Assembly (NCBI GenBank): GCA_903894565.1
Contig: CAITQP010000009.1
Span: 8,576-72,575, forward strand
Reading direction: 5' to 3'
DNA: 64,000 bases
DNA from: an uncultured bacterium
Lineage (GTDB): Bacteria; Patescibacteriota; Minisyncoccia; Phycocordibacterales; UBA9973
Shown: positions 46,777-55,630 of the stretch, in pieces
How positions within the stretch are numbered: position 1 is the stretch's first letter
How the letters are laid out: each line of letters starts with the position of its first letter
The notes under the pieces: generated by a model
Database searches by the model: none
The model's input: only the letters and a program-made list of their open reading frames with translations
Told to the model about the DNA's origin: nothing
Made by a program: the position numbers and the translations under genes

Positions 46777-48369
46777 TTATTTCTCTTGCCAAGGGAACGA
46801 GCCTCGAATTCCAGTACCACCTGACGAACCAATCGTGATCGTTGCTGGACTACATGATGAAACTCCAACAACTGAAACACTTGGCCCCGCATTCACGACT
46901 ATTGAACTTGAGACTGTTGGCATAGGTCCATCAATCATGAGTCCAAGACGTCCTGCTGAAGTCGTGATGCTTGAGGCAGGCAGACCTGTCGTCATATCTA
47001 CAAATGTAGCAGTCAGACCAGGAGCCCCAGTTAAATCTACCGTGAAATCTGTACTGTGGAATGTCGGAGTCCACGCAATATTTAACGAAACTTCGAAATG
47101 TACATGCGTACCTGATGGCGCAAAGTATGGTCCTGGACGGATAGCACAGGAAGGAGTGTCTGTCGGAGGAACATTCACAAGAACTGTGTCGTTTACAACA
47201 GAAGTACCCGTACATTGTATCTTGTAAACATATGTCATCGTACTAACCGTAGTATTTTCTGGAAGAGTAATGAGCGTACCGGTACTTGATGTTCCAATCG
47301 TTGTTGTTGGACTCCAGTCTGACATCGAAGGTGTCGATGAAGCAGTACACGAGGTCACGTCAGTAGATGAAGTCCACAAAAGTGTCTCTGCGCCACCGGA
47401 CCAGTCAGGCATCGTGATCGGTCCATCAGTTGGACCACTTGATCCTTCGATCTTCAGATCCACGTACGGAGCACTTGTTACGCCTCCAACAATCACCTGT
47501 ATCGAATCAGAAATAGGTGATGATCCAGTTGCCGTAGGATTACAAGTGACCTTATAGGTATATGTTGCAGGTGTACTTAATGAGTAACTCACCACAGAAC
47601 TTGTACTCGAAACAGGTACTGAGCCAGACCAATCGGTCGCAGATGAAATAGTCGAAGGAGAAACTGAAGCTGAACAAGAGGAGACACCGGTTGAAGTCCA
47701 CTTGAGCTGTGCTGTGCCAGTGCCTGTCGACGAAACCACATTCAATGGCCCATTCGTAAACGTGAGGAGTGCTGGATCGAAAACAGTAAGATCAACGGTT
47801 GCTGAGACAGCCGAACTCATTGTTACGCGGCTAAAATCAACCCATCCAATAGTATATGAGCCCCACGCATAACCTGAATAGGTGCCAGTAGATGAGTCAA
47901 CAGTAACGCCATACAAACTACCGCTTGTCGGGCTAAGACTAATACAACCGTCAGCGCCATTTGTATATGCACTACTTATTGCGCGTGCCCATCCCGTCAT
48001 GCGTCCGCTAGCAAATGAAGCTTGTGATCCACAAAATGAGACGTCGGCCGGATTAAATGAAACCCATCCAACGTTTGAACTCCACGCATAACCAGAAAAG
48101 AGTTGCGTAGTAGCATCAAGTGTAACTTTATAGTTTGAAGTAGAACAAACGCTTCCACCAACCGTGCTTCCTTCAGCGCAGTTAAGACTAAACCAGCCCA
48201 CCGTTGAGCTCCATGCATATCCGTGAAGATCACCAGAAAGACCTGAAGCCGCATGAGCGGTACGTGGTGAGGCAGAAGTGTATGCGATTGAAGCAACTAA
48301 TCCAAGAGCACAAACCAGTACTCCTAAGATAACGCTATTTTGCTTCACTATTTTTTTAAAAGTATTCAT
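46777..48369 (-). CDS. secreted Ser/Thr-rich protein with GYAWS...GW(V/F)SFN repeats
   Basis: 530 aa, signal peptide. At least four copies of the GYAWS..VGW..F(N) motif, which also occurs in the 724-aa protein at 27799..29973. Confidence 0.55.
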   Translation of the reverse strand: MNTFKKIVKQNSVILGVLVCALGLVASIAYTSASPRTAHAASGLSGDLHGYAWSSTVGWFSLNCAEGSTVGGSVCSTSNYKVTLDATTQLFSGYAWSSNVGWVSFNPADVSFCGSQASFASGRMTGWARAISSAYTNGADGCISLSPTSGSLYGVTVDSSTGTYSGYAWGSYTIGWVDFSRVTMSSAVSATVDLTVFDPALLTFTNGPLNVVSSTGTGTAQLKWTSTGVSSCSASVSPSTISSATDWSGSVPVSSTSSVVSYSLSTPATYTYKVTCNPTATGSSPISDSIQVIVGGVTSAPYVDLKIEGSSGPTDGPITMPDWSGGAETLLWTSSTDVTSCTASSTPSMSDWSPTTTIGTSSTGTLITLPENTTVSTMTYVYKIQCTGTSVVNDTVLVNVPPTDTPSCAIRPGPYFAPSGTHVHFEVSLNIAWTPTFHSTDFTVDLTGAPGLTATFVDMTTGLPASSITTSAGRLGLMIDGPMPTVSSSIVVNAGPSVSVVGVSSCSPATITIGSSGGTGIRGSFPWQEK

Positions 48370-48381
48370 ATTGTGTAGTGT

Positions 48382-48696
48382 TTATTGATTCGAAGCCTTT
48401 CCAATCGAATCGAGAATCGCCGCTCTGTCTGTCATGTTGGGAGCCGGAGTCTTTTTTTCGAGCGTCTTAAGAATATCCGTTTTTTGTTTGTCAGTAATAG
48501 AGCCTTGTACTGAATTATTGCCGATCTGGTCAATTACTGCCTTGTGTTCACTTTCAACAGTAGTAGCGGGTGAAGTAACACTTTTTTTTATGAAAACAAG
48601 ACCAACAGCAATAAGTGCTGCGACAACTATTATAATAAGAAGAACTTTTGGCTTTGCACGCGACGAACGAACTGATTGCTTCATTGGAGCATCCAT
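48382..48696 (-). CDS. small membrane-anchored hypothetical protein
   Basis: 104 aa, single TM after a basic N-terminus. Confidence 0.4.
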   Translation of the reverse strand: MDAPMKQSVRSSRAKPKVLLIIIVVAALIAVGLVFIKKSVTSPATTVESEHKAVIDQIGNNSVQGSITDKQKTDILKTLEKKTPAPNMTDRAAILDSIGKASNQ

Positions 48697-48759
48697 ATGT
48701 CACATATTGTACCATTTATAGTTCGGGTGGATAACAATCATCTGGCTGTGGAAAACCAA

Positions 48760-48791
48760 CAACCCCGCATTTGCGCGCAAATGCGGGGTTG
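48760..48791. promoter_or_regulatory. 32-bp perfect palindrome overlapping the -35 of the candidate nusA promoter (putative operator)
   Basis: caaccccgcatttgcgcgcaaatgcggggttg equals its own reverse complement. Lies in the divergent region between 48382..48696(-) and nusA(+). Confidence 0.5.
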
Positions 48792-48817
48792 ACACGTTTT
48801 GCCGAGCAGAGTACTAT
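48789..48817 (+). promoter_or_regulatory. sigma70-like promoter (TTGACA-17-TACTAT)
   Basis: ttgaca at 48789-48794, 17-nt spacer, tactat at 48812-48817. Confidence 0.4.
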
Positions 48818-48848
48818 ATATATGTTACTAGATAAGGTGTTTAGGTAT

Positions 48849-48878
48849 GTCGGCCATCGGGCCGGCTCTTTTTTTTAA
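48849..48878 (+). terminator. terminator/attenuator hairpin plus 8-T run in the nusA leader (possible ~55-nt leader RNA or sRNA)
   Basis: gtcggcc-atcg-ggccggc followed by tcttttttttaaaa, about 30 nt downstream of the predicted TSS and 70 nt upstream of the nusA ATG. Confidence 0.4.
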
Positions 48879-48950
48879 AAGGACCCAAAAACCTCATCAA
48901 AAATTAGAAAATTTAATAACGAGCCTTGTAAAATAAGGCTAAAATCATAT

Positions 48951-50126
48951 ATGTTAGACCTAAAAGCACTCAAAATAGCCCTCGACCAACTCGAAACAGA
49001 GCGCCGAGTACCCCGCGAGAAGATCATCGATGCCATCGAACAGGCACTCGCCGCCGCTTACAAAAAAGACTACGGCAAGCGTGGGCAGATCGTTCGCGCC
49101 CATTTTGACCTTGAAACTGGCCGTACCGACTTCTTTCAGGTGAAAATCGTCGCCGACGAATCAACTGTTTACTTCGTAGAGGATGGTGTCGATACTCCAG
49201 ACCTCCCAGAAGGCGACGAGCGTGTTCGCTTCAATCCCGAGCACCACATTCTCCTTGAGGATGCACGCATCATGAAATCAAACGCTGTTGTAGGCGAGGA
49301 AATCAACTTCCCCCTTGAAGCCAAAGAAGATTACGGCCGTATTGCAGCCCAAACAGCCAAGCAAGTCATCATTCAGCGCATCCGTGAGGCAGAACACGGT
49401 GCAATCATGAGCGAATTCGGCGGTCACGAAGGTGATATCGTCAGTGGAATGATTCAGAAGATGGAACGTGGCAATGTCTTCGTTGATATTGGTCGCGTTA
49501 CCGCTATTCTTCCTCGCGAAGAACAGATTCCAAACGAATACTATCGTCGTGGTGAGCGTATTCGCGCATACCTGTATGCTGTTGAAGAAACTCCTCGTGG
49601 CGTATCGCTCAAAATCTCACGTACACATCCAAAATTCATTACAGCGCTCTTCGCTCAAGAAGCTCCAGAAGTTGCAAGTGGCACCGTAGAAATAAAATCA
49701 ACTGCTCGTGAGGCAGGTGCTCGAACCAAGATTGCAGTTTTCTCAGCTGACGAACATGTTGATCCAGTTGGTTCATGTGTCGGACAGAAGGGTATCCGTG
49801 TAACAACTGTTATGAGTGAGCTCGGAAACGAAAAGATTGATATCATTGAATGGAATGCAGATCCAGCAAAGTTTGTTTCAGCTGCTCTCTCACCAGCAAA
49901 AGCGCTCTCAGTCGTCATCAATGACACTGAGCACACCGCGAGTGTTGAAGTCGCTGACGATCAACTTTCACTCGCAATAGGAAAGGGCGGACAGAACGTT
50001 CGTCTCGCCGCAAAACTCACTGGATGGAGAATCGATATCAAAGGAGTCGCCGGTGAAACAGTTGGATCATCAGATGGTGAAACAGTTGTAGAAAAGAAAG
50101 AGACAGTAGCCGAAGAGACTGCTTAA
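48951..50126 (+). CDS. nusA: transcription termination/antitermination factor NusA
   Basis: 391 aa with N-terminal domain, S1 and two KH regions. Close similarity to the E. coli NusA layout (AKQVIIQRIREAE.., PVGSCVGQKGIRV.., IGKGGQNVRLAAKLTGW). Confidence 0.9.
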   Translation: MLDLKALKIALDQLETERRVPREKIIDAIEQALAAAYKKDYGKRGQIVRAHFDLETGRTDFFQVKIVADESTVYFVEDGVDTPDLPEGDERVRFNPEHHILLEDARIMKSNAVVGEEINFPLEAKEDYGRIAAQTAKQVIIQRIREAEHGAIMSEFGGHEGDIVSGMIQKMERGNVFVDIGRVTAILPREEQIPNEYYRRGERIRAYLYAVEETPRGVSLKISRTHPKFITALFAQEAPEVASGTVEIKSTAREAGARTKIAVFSADEHVDPVGSCVGQKGIRVTTVMSELGNEKIDIIEWNADPAKFVSAALSPAKALSVVINDTEHTASVEVADDQLSLAIGKGGQNVRLAAKLTGWRIDIKGVAGETVGSSDGETVVEKKETVAEETA

Positions 50127-50143
50127 TCATATAATAGAAGCAT

Positions 50144-50728
50144 ATGGCAAACATCAATCACGAACCATCGAAGTACATGCTCAACTTGTTGCACGTACTC
50201 CCAGCCGTTGTCGATGAATCAAAGTGCATCATTAATGCAATCGTCGAAGTTTCTGCTGGATCTATCAACAAGTACGAACTCATCACCGAGAGTGGTCAGC
50301 TCAAGCTCGATCGTGTTGGATATTCTTCAATGGCATATCCATTCACATACGGAGCGATTCCAATGACATGGGATCAAGACAATGACCCGCTTGATGTTGA
50401 AGTTGTAAATGTAACTGAACCACTCGTGCCAGGATCTGTCGTTGAACTCCGTGTCATCGGTATCATGAAATATATTGATGGAGGTGAAGTCGATGACAAA
50501 ATCATCGCCGTCATCAGTGAAGACAAACGACAAGATCACATCACACATGTGGATCAGCTCGGAGAGTATTTCAAAAAACAAACACAGTACTACTGGGAAA
50601 ATTACAAAGCGCTCAAGAAACCTGGTACTGGCGTTGTCGAAACATTCCATGGACCAGAAGAAGCAATGAAGGTCATCAAAGAATGTGTTGATGTGTACGC
50701 AAAGAATTACGCTTCAAAGGTAAAATAG
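50144..50728 (+). CDS. ppa: inorganic pyrophosphatase, family I
   Basis: DPLDV motif and 194-aa length. Confidence 0.8.
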   Translation: MANINHEPSKYMLNLLHVLPAVVDESKCIINAIVEVSAGSINKYELITESGQLKLDRVGYSSMAYPFTYGAIPMTWDQDNDPLDVEVVNVTEPLVPGSVVELRVIGIMKYIDGGEVDDKIIAVISEDKRQDHITHVDQLGEYFKKQTQYYWENYKALKKPGTGVVETFHGPEEAMKVIKECVDVYAKNYASKVK

Positions 50729-50742
50729 TACTCAAGACTAAG

Positions 50743-50777
50743 AAAAAATCACGCCCCGAATCGGGGCGTGATTTTTT
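50743..50777 (+). terminator. rho-independent terminator after ppa
   Basis: aaaaaatcacgccccgaatcggggcgtgatttttt. Confidence 0.65.
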
Positions 50778-50814
50778 CTTTCATTTTTTGTAAAATTGTA
50801 TATACTCACACCAT

Positions 50815-51024
50815 ATGGAAAGAATGTCTCAAAAATCTATCCGAGAAAATGGTGGCGCTCTGGCCGGCATTGTCATTATCCTCGCTATCCTGATTATTGC
50901 AGGCTATTTCCTCTACCAAAATGTGCGCAAGCAAACTGATCTTATTCAAAACCACCAAGCAAAGACAGCTGCCGAAGCCGGCATCAACCTCGACGCAAAC
51001 GCGTCAGGGTCTCTCTCAAACTAA
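50815..51024 (+). CDS. small single-TM protein
   Basis: 69 aa, GALAGIVIILAILIIAGYFLY TM segment. Confidence 0.35.
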   Translation: MERMSQKSIRENGGALAGIVIILAILIIAGYFLYQNVRKQTDLIQNHQAKTAAEAGINLDANASGSLSN

Positions 51025-51029
51025 CAAGG

Positions 51030-51162
51030 CCGAGCAGGAACAAAAGCACACACCTCCTTTGAAGAAGGCCTTTCGCAGGCGCTTGGCGCCGAGAAGCCCG
51101 GCCGCGAGCACGCGGAACGGGTTGCCTTTTCAAAGGAGGTGTGTGTGCTTTTGTTCCTGCTC
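51030..51162. repeat. structured repeat element, family 1, copy 3 (reverse orientation) upstream of tig
   Basis: Core is the reverse complement of copies 1 and 2, with a few substitutions. Flanked by a perfect 34-bp inverted repeat ccgagcaggaacaaaagcacacacctcctttgaa / ttcaaaggaggtgtgtgcttttgttcctgctcgg. Confidence 0.7.
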
Positions 51163-51188
51163 GGTTTTTGTGTTAGTATGCGAAAACC

Positions 51189-52232
51189 ATGAAAAATACA
51201 ATCAAAAAATTAGCTAAGAGTGAAACCCAGATTGACGTAGTAATCCCAGCAGACGTATTTGAAAGCTACCGTGCGAAAGCGCTCAGTCGCGCAGGCGAGC
51301 ACGTCGAAATCCCTGGATTTCGCAAAGGCAAAGTGCCAGCAAACATTCTTGAAAAAGAGCTCAACCCAATGATGTTGCTCGAAGAAATGGCAGACATTGC
51401 AATCAACGAACACTTTCCAAAGATTTTGAAAGATGAGAAGATCGACGCTATCGGTCGCCCATCAATCACACTTACCAAGATCGCAAAAGATAACGACCTT
51501 GAGTTTACTGCGGTCGTTGCCACCCTTCCTGAAGTCAAACTTCCTGAATACAAAAAAATCGCGTCCGTTGAAAATAAAACTGTTGCCGATGTGACTGTCA
51601 CTGACGCTGAGCTCGACGAAGCAATCAAAGAACTCAAAAAGGCGCGCAAGCATAATGAAATTCATCAGTCAGGCGAGAAGCATGACCACGCAGAATTTGA
51701 GAAACTTGAATTCGATGCAACGCTTGATGATGAGTATGTGAAATTACTTGGTGAGTTCGAAAATGTTGACGCATTCAAAGTAAAATTCCGCGAAAACATC
51801 AAAGCTGAAAAGATTGCTCGAGATCTCGAGAAGCGCCGCATCGCAACGCTTGAAAAAATTGCCGAAGCAACGACGATCGAAATTCCTCAAGTACTGATCG
51901 AAAACGAAGCAGAGAATCTCATCAATCGTCTCAAGGCAGATATTGCTCAAGCTGGCATTCCATTTGAAGAATATCTCAAGCACGTGCAAAAATCAGAAGC
52001 TGATATCCAAAAAGATTTACTTCCTGATGCTGAGAAGCGCGCAAAGACAGAGCTTATCATGATGGAAATCGCCAAGGCAGAAAAACTCGAACCAAAGGCT
52101 GAAGAAGTTGAAAACGAAACCAAGCGTCTCATCCAAACATACCAAGACGCAGACCCACTCCGTGCTCGTATGTATGTTGCACACATGATGCTCAACGAAG
52201 AAATCTTTAAGTTCCTCGAAGCTCAGCAATAG
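51189..52232 (+). CDS. tig: trigger factor, apparently lacking the PPIase (FKBP) domain
   Basis: GFRKGKVP ribosome-binding signature. 347 aa with N- and C-terminal TF domains only. Confidence 0.7.
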   Translation: MKNTIKKLAKSETQIDVVIPADVFESYRAKALSRAGEHVEIPGFRKGKVPANILEKELNPMMLLEEMADIAINEHFPKILKDEKIDAIGRPSITLTKIAKDNDLEFTAVVATLPEVKLPEYKKIASVENKTVADVTVTDAELDEAIKELKKARKHNEIHQSGEKHDHAEFEKLEFDATLDDEYVKLLGEFENVDAFKVKFRENIKAEKIARDLEKRRIATLEKIAEATTIEIPQVLIENEAENLINRLKADIAQAGIPFEEYLKHVQKSEADIQKDLLPDAEKRAKTELIMMEIAKAEKLEPKAEEVENETKRLIQTYQDADPLRARMYVAHMMLNEEIFKFLEAQQ

Positions 52233-52284
52233 AAACTATTTTTGTGGTATAGTCAGAAAACATTACTAGTAATACTTACCTTAT

Positions 52285-52875
52285 ATGCTCATCCCAACAG
52301 TCATCGAAAAAAGTCAGTTTGGCGAACGCGCGTACGATATTTATTCGCGTCTCTTGCGCGAACGTATCATCTTCCTCGGTGGAGCGATTGATGACCACAT
52401 GGCAAACATTGTCATTGCTCAATTACTCTTCCTTGAAAACGAAGATCCAAAAAAAGATATTAAACTTTATATCAATTCTCCGGGTGGTTCAGTCACAGCT
52501 GCAATGGCAATCTACGACACGATGAATCACATCAAGCCAGATGTCTCAACAGTGTGTGTCGGTATCGCCGCATCTGCTGCTGCAGTCCTCCTCTCAAGTG
52601 GAGCGAAGGGAAAGCGATTCTGTCTGCCAAATTCTGAGGTGATGATTCACCAAGTCATGGGTGGCGCAGAAGGACAAGCGTCGGACATTGCGATCGTGGC
52701 AAAACACATTCTTCGCACCAAAGAAAATCTCAATAAGATTCTCTCGAAGAACACCGGCAAGCCAATCACACAGGTTGAAAAAGATTCTGATCGCGACTAC
52801 TATATGAGTGCTGATGAAGCCAAGAGATACGGCATCATCGATGAAATCGTGATGAAGTCAAAGAGCGGAAAATAA
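52285..52875 (+). CDS. clpP: ATP-dependent Clp protease proteolytic subunit
   Basis: [19 protein letters not shown] (Ser), MIHQ (His) catalytic-triad context. Confidence 0.9.
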   Translation: MLIPTVIEKSQFGERAYDIYSRLLRERIIFLGGAIDDHMANIVIAQLLFLENEDPKKDIKLYINSPGGSVTAAMAIYDTMNHIKPDVSTVCVGIAASAAAVLLSSGAKGKRFCLPNSEVMIHQVMGGAEGQASDIAIVAKHILRTKENLNKILSKNTGKPITQVEKDSDRDYYMSADEAKRYGIIDEIVMKSKSGK

Positions 52876-52894
52876 AACGACCCGCACAAAAAAA

Positions 52895-52917
52895 CACCCG
52901 ACGTAACATCGGGTTTT
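52895..52917 (+). terminator. weak terminator hairpin after clpP
   Basis: cccgacgtaacatcggg followed by ttttc. Confidence 0.35.
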
Positions 52918-52986
52918 CAAATAAGATTTCTGTTCCCATGCTCTTGATACTATATATTGTATCTCTACACGGACGACCCTTGATCG

Positions 52987-53427
52987 TCAGAGGTCCTCTG
53001 TCACCATTTCGATACGCATAACGCGAACGAATTTAATGAATTTATAATGGCGTCTGTTAAAAGAAAAAGTTGCCTCGCTTGCGTCTTCTACCTCAACAAC
53101 GTCTGCCTTTATCGGATACCTACCAAGTCGAATGACGTGATCGATGACCGATAGCGGAGCTACCATTACAATTTCATCAAATTTACCTACAGTTATTCTG
53201 TCAACAATTTTGGCAGCATTCATATAGGCCTCGTTCTCCGATACGTGTTCCAGTACCATGTCCTCACCGAATATTTCTTTGAGTATTAGTATCTGGAATG
53301 CCATCGGAGGATGGCGCGAGAACCAAAGAATTCTCTTTGGCATTATTTTTACAATACAATTTTTATATATCAGTGTCAATATACACCCAAAGTACCTGGA
53401 ACTCTTCGTGCCATCATTTCTCGACAT
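52987..53427 (-). CDS. hypothetical protein (alternative start 53343)
   Basis: 146-aa ORF, AT-rich, no motif. Confidence 0.3.
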   Translation of the reverse strand: MSRNDGTKSSRYFGCILTLIYKNCIVKIMPKRILWFSRHPPMAFQILILKEIFGEDMVLEHVSENEAYMNAAKIVDRITVGKFDEIVMVAPLSVIDHVIRLGRYPIKADVVEVEDASEATFSFNRRHYKFIKFVRVMRIEMVTEDL

Positions 53428-53620
53428 TCCACCAAAGCTCTGGTATTCTATGAATATCGAACTTTAGTATATTAGTTTGGCCGTTCGTACAGAAAAAGCT
53501 CCGTTTACTCTTCAAACCATTATGAATCTCAGGACTTCCCGCGCTGTGTGTTCCAAATATTCCGTCATTTTGATTCGAACTATTCGAAGCGTTTTCTAGA
53601 CGACCGGCTACAGGTCGTGT

Positions 53621-55150
53621 ATGAGTACATTTATTGTATTGCTCATCGTTATCATCGCTCTCGCAGGTGGTGTGGCAGGTGGATATTACCTCCGCAAAGT
53701 CACAGCTCTCGGCAAGCGACGCTCGATTGAGATAGATATCAAGCAGATGCTCGTCGGTGCGAAGGAGGAAGCTCAACGCATTCTCGACGAGGCAAAGAAG
53801 AAAGCCGACGAAGCAGATTCGGACATCCGCATGACGGAACGCCGAAAAGCCGAAGATTTCAAGCGTACTGAAGAGCGCCTGATCAAAAAGGAAGAGCTCC
53901 TCGATGCCCGCCAAACAGAAATCGACAAGGAGTCAGAGATTCAGAAGGGCAAGATCGAAGAAATCAAGAAGATCAAGGAACGTGCCGATCATTTGCTTGC
54001 GGAACGTGTCACGACACTCGAAAAAGTGGCTGGCCTTTCACGTGACGATGCCAAGAATCAGCTCATTCAAGAGATTGAACGTGACAGCGAGGAGGATCTC
54101 ATGGTTCGTATGCAGAAATTAGAGCAAAACGCCGAGGAGCGTCTCGGTCGTCGTGCAAAAGACATCCTCGCGACTTCAATCCAGCGTCTCGCATCAAGTA
54201 CGGCAGCTGAGATCATGACGACCAACGTTGCGATACCATCCGACGACATCAAAGGCAAAATCATTGGAAAAGAAGGACGCAATATTCGCGCCTTCGAACG
54301 TGCAGCAGGAGTTGAGCTCATCGTTGACGAGACTCCAGGCACCATCATCATCTCGGCCTTCGATCCAGTTCGCCGTCAGATTGCACGAGTTGCACTTGAA
54401 AACCTTATTCTTGACGGACGTATTCAGCCAGCCAAGATCGAAGAAGTTGTTACCAAGGCGAAGGACGACATCAACAAGATCATCAAGGAAAAGGGCGAGC
54501 AGGCAGTCTACGAATGTGGCATCTTCAATTTCGATCCTCGTATCATAGCTATTTTGGGACGACTCTACTTCCGAACCAGTTACGGCCAAAACGTTCTCCA
54601 GCACTCAGTGGAAATGGCACATATTGCCGGCATGATGGCTGAAGAACTCGGTGCTGATGTTGCTGTCGCCAAACAAGGAGCACTCGTGCATGACATCGGA
54701 AAGGCACTCGACCATGAAGTACAAGGTACACATATCGAAATCGGTATTCGTATTCTTCAGAAGTTCGGAGCTGATCCACGCGTCGTCGTTGCAATGAAGA
54801 GTCATCATGATGACTGCCCTCACGAATCAATCGAAGCGGTCATCGTGCAAACCGCCGACAATATTTCTGGTGGCCGCCCAGGTGCTCGACGCGATAGTGT
54901 TGAGAACTACCTCAAACGACTTCAAGAAATGGAATCCCTCGTAAACGCATTTCCAAATATTGAAAAGTCATACGCACTCTCTGCTGGACGCGAAATTCGT
55001 ATCTTCGTTACTCCTGAAAAAGTCAGTGATGTTGAGGCCAAAGAAATGGCTCGCGATATCGCAAAGAAGATTGAAGCTGAACTTAAGTATCCTGGTGAAA
55101 TCAAAGTAACGATGATTCGCGAAACACGTATCATCGAATACGCGAGATAG
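53621..55150 (+). CDS. rny: ribonuclease Y
   Basis: N-terminal TM, coiled coil, KH (IIGKEGRNIRAFE) and HD domain (HSVEMAH..LVHDIGK). Confidence 0.9.
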   Translation: MSTFIVLLIVIIALAGGVAGGYYLRKVTALGKRRSIEIDIKQMLVGAKEEAQRILDEAKKKADEADSDIRMTERRKAEDFKRTEERLIKKEELLDARQTEIDKESEIQKGKIEEIKKIKERADHLLAERVTTLEKVAGLSRDDAKNQLIQEIERDSEEDLMVRMQKLEQNAEERLGRRAKDILATSIQRLASSTAAEIMTTNVAIPSDDIKGKIIGKEGRNIRAFERAAGVELIVDETPGTIIISAFDPVRRQIARVALENLILDGRIQPAKIEEVVTKAKDDINKIIKEKGEQAVYECGIFNFDPRIIAILGRLYFRTSYGQNVLQHSVEMAHIAGMMAEELGADVAVAKQGALVHDIGKALDHEVQGTHIEIGIRILQKFGADPRVVVAMKSHHDDCPHESIEAVIVQTADNISGGRPGARRDSVENYLKRLQEMESLVNAFPNIEKSYALSAGREIRIFVTPEKVSDVEAKEMARDIAKKIEAELKYPGEIKVTMIRETRIIEYAR

Positions 55151-55173
55151 CAAAAAATAAAAAACGCCCCGTT

Positions 55174-55572
55174 ATGGAATTAAAAAATTGGCACAATCTC
55201 GCCCCAAAGCTCCCTCGTCAACGCATCATGATAGAGGGCCTCACAGATCGTCTCTATACGGAAGATGATATCAAGGATTTTATGAGTAAACTCACCGAAA
55301 TCGTTGGCATGCGTCCACTGGAAAAGCCGTTCGCTTATCCAGCCCTCAAAATGGGATATGGTGGCTGGCAACATTGGGTGACATCAGGTGTACATGTATA
55401 CACGTATCCTGCGATAACGACTGGTTCAAGTAGTGTCACAGGCAAAGCCGACCAATGTCTCGTCTCAGTTGATGCGTATACTTGTAAGCCGTTCGACAAC
55501 GAGAAAGCAGTGGCTTTCACAAAAGAATACTTCAAGTGTACAGAAATCGTATGGCAAGAAGTTCGAGTGTAA
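55174..55572 (+). CDS. S-adenosylmethionine decarboxylase-like (class 1b AdoMetDC fold) protein
   Basis: SGVHVYTYP and VSVDAYTCKP resemble the ESHISIHTWPE and AVDVFTCG motifs of small prokaryotic AdoMetDC. The pyruvoyl ES dipeptide is replaced by TS. Confidence 0.35.
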   Translation: MELKNWHNLAPKLPRQRIMIEGLTDRLYTEDDIKDFMSKLTEIVGMRPLEKPFAYPALKMGYGGWQHWVTSGVHVYTYPAITTGSSSVTGKADQCLVSVDAYTCKPFDNEKAVAFTKEYFKCTEIVWQEVRV

Positions 55573-55590
55573 TCGGTGCGACTCAATATT

Positions 55591-55627
55591 AAAAATGGCA
55601 GACCTTAAGTAGGGGTCTGCCATTTTT
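55591..55627. terminator. bidirectional rho-independent terminator
   Basis: aaaaatggcagacc-ttaagtagg-ggtctgccattttt. Confidence 0.65.
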
Positions 55628-55630
55628 CAC

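Noticed and set aside
53414-53914. 166-aa minus-strand ORF
   Set aside because: Entirely antisense to the N-terminus of the well-supported rny gene (53621..55150). No motifs; likely spurious.
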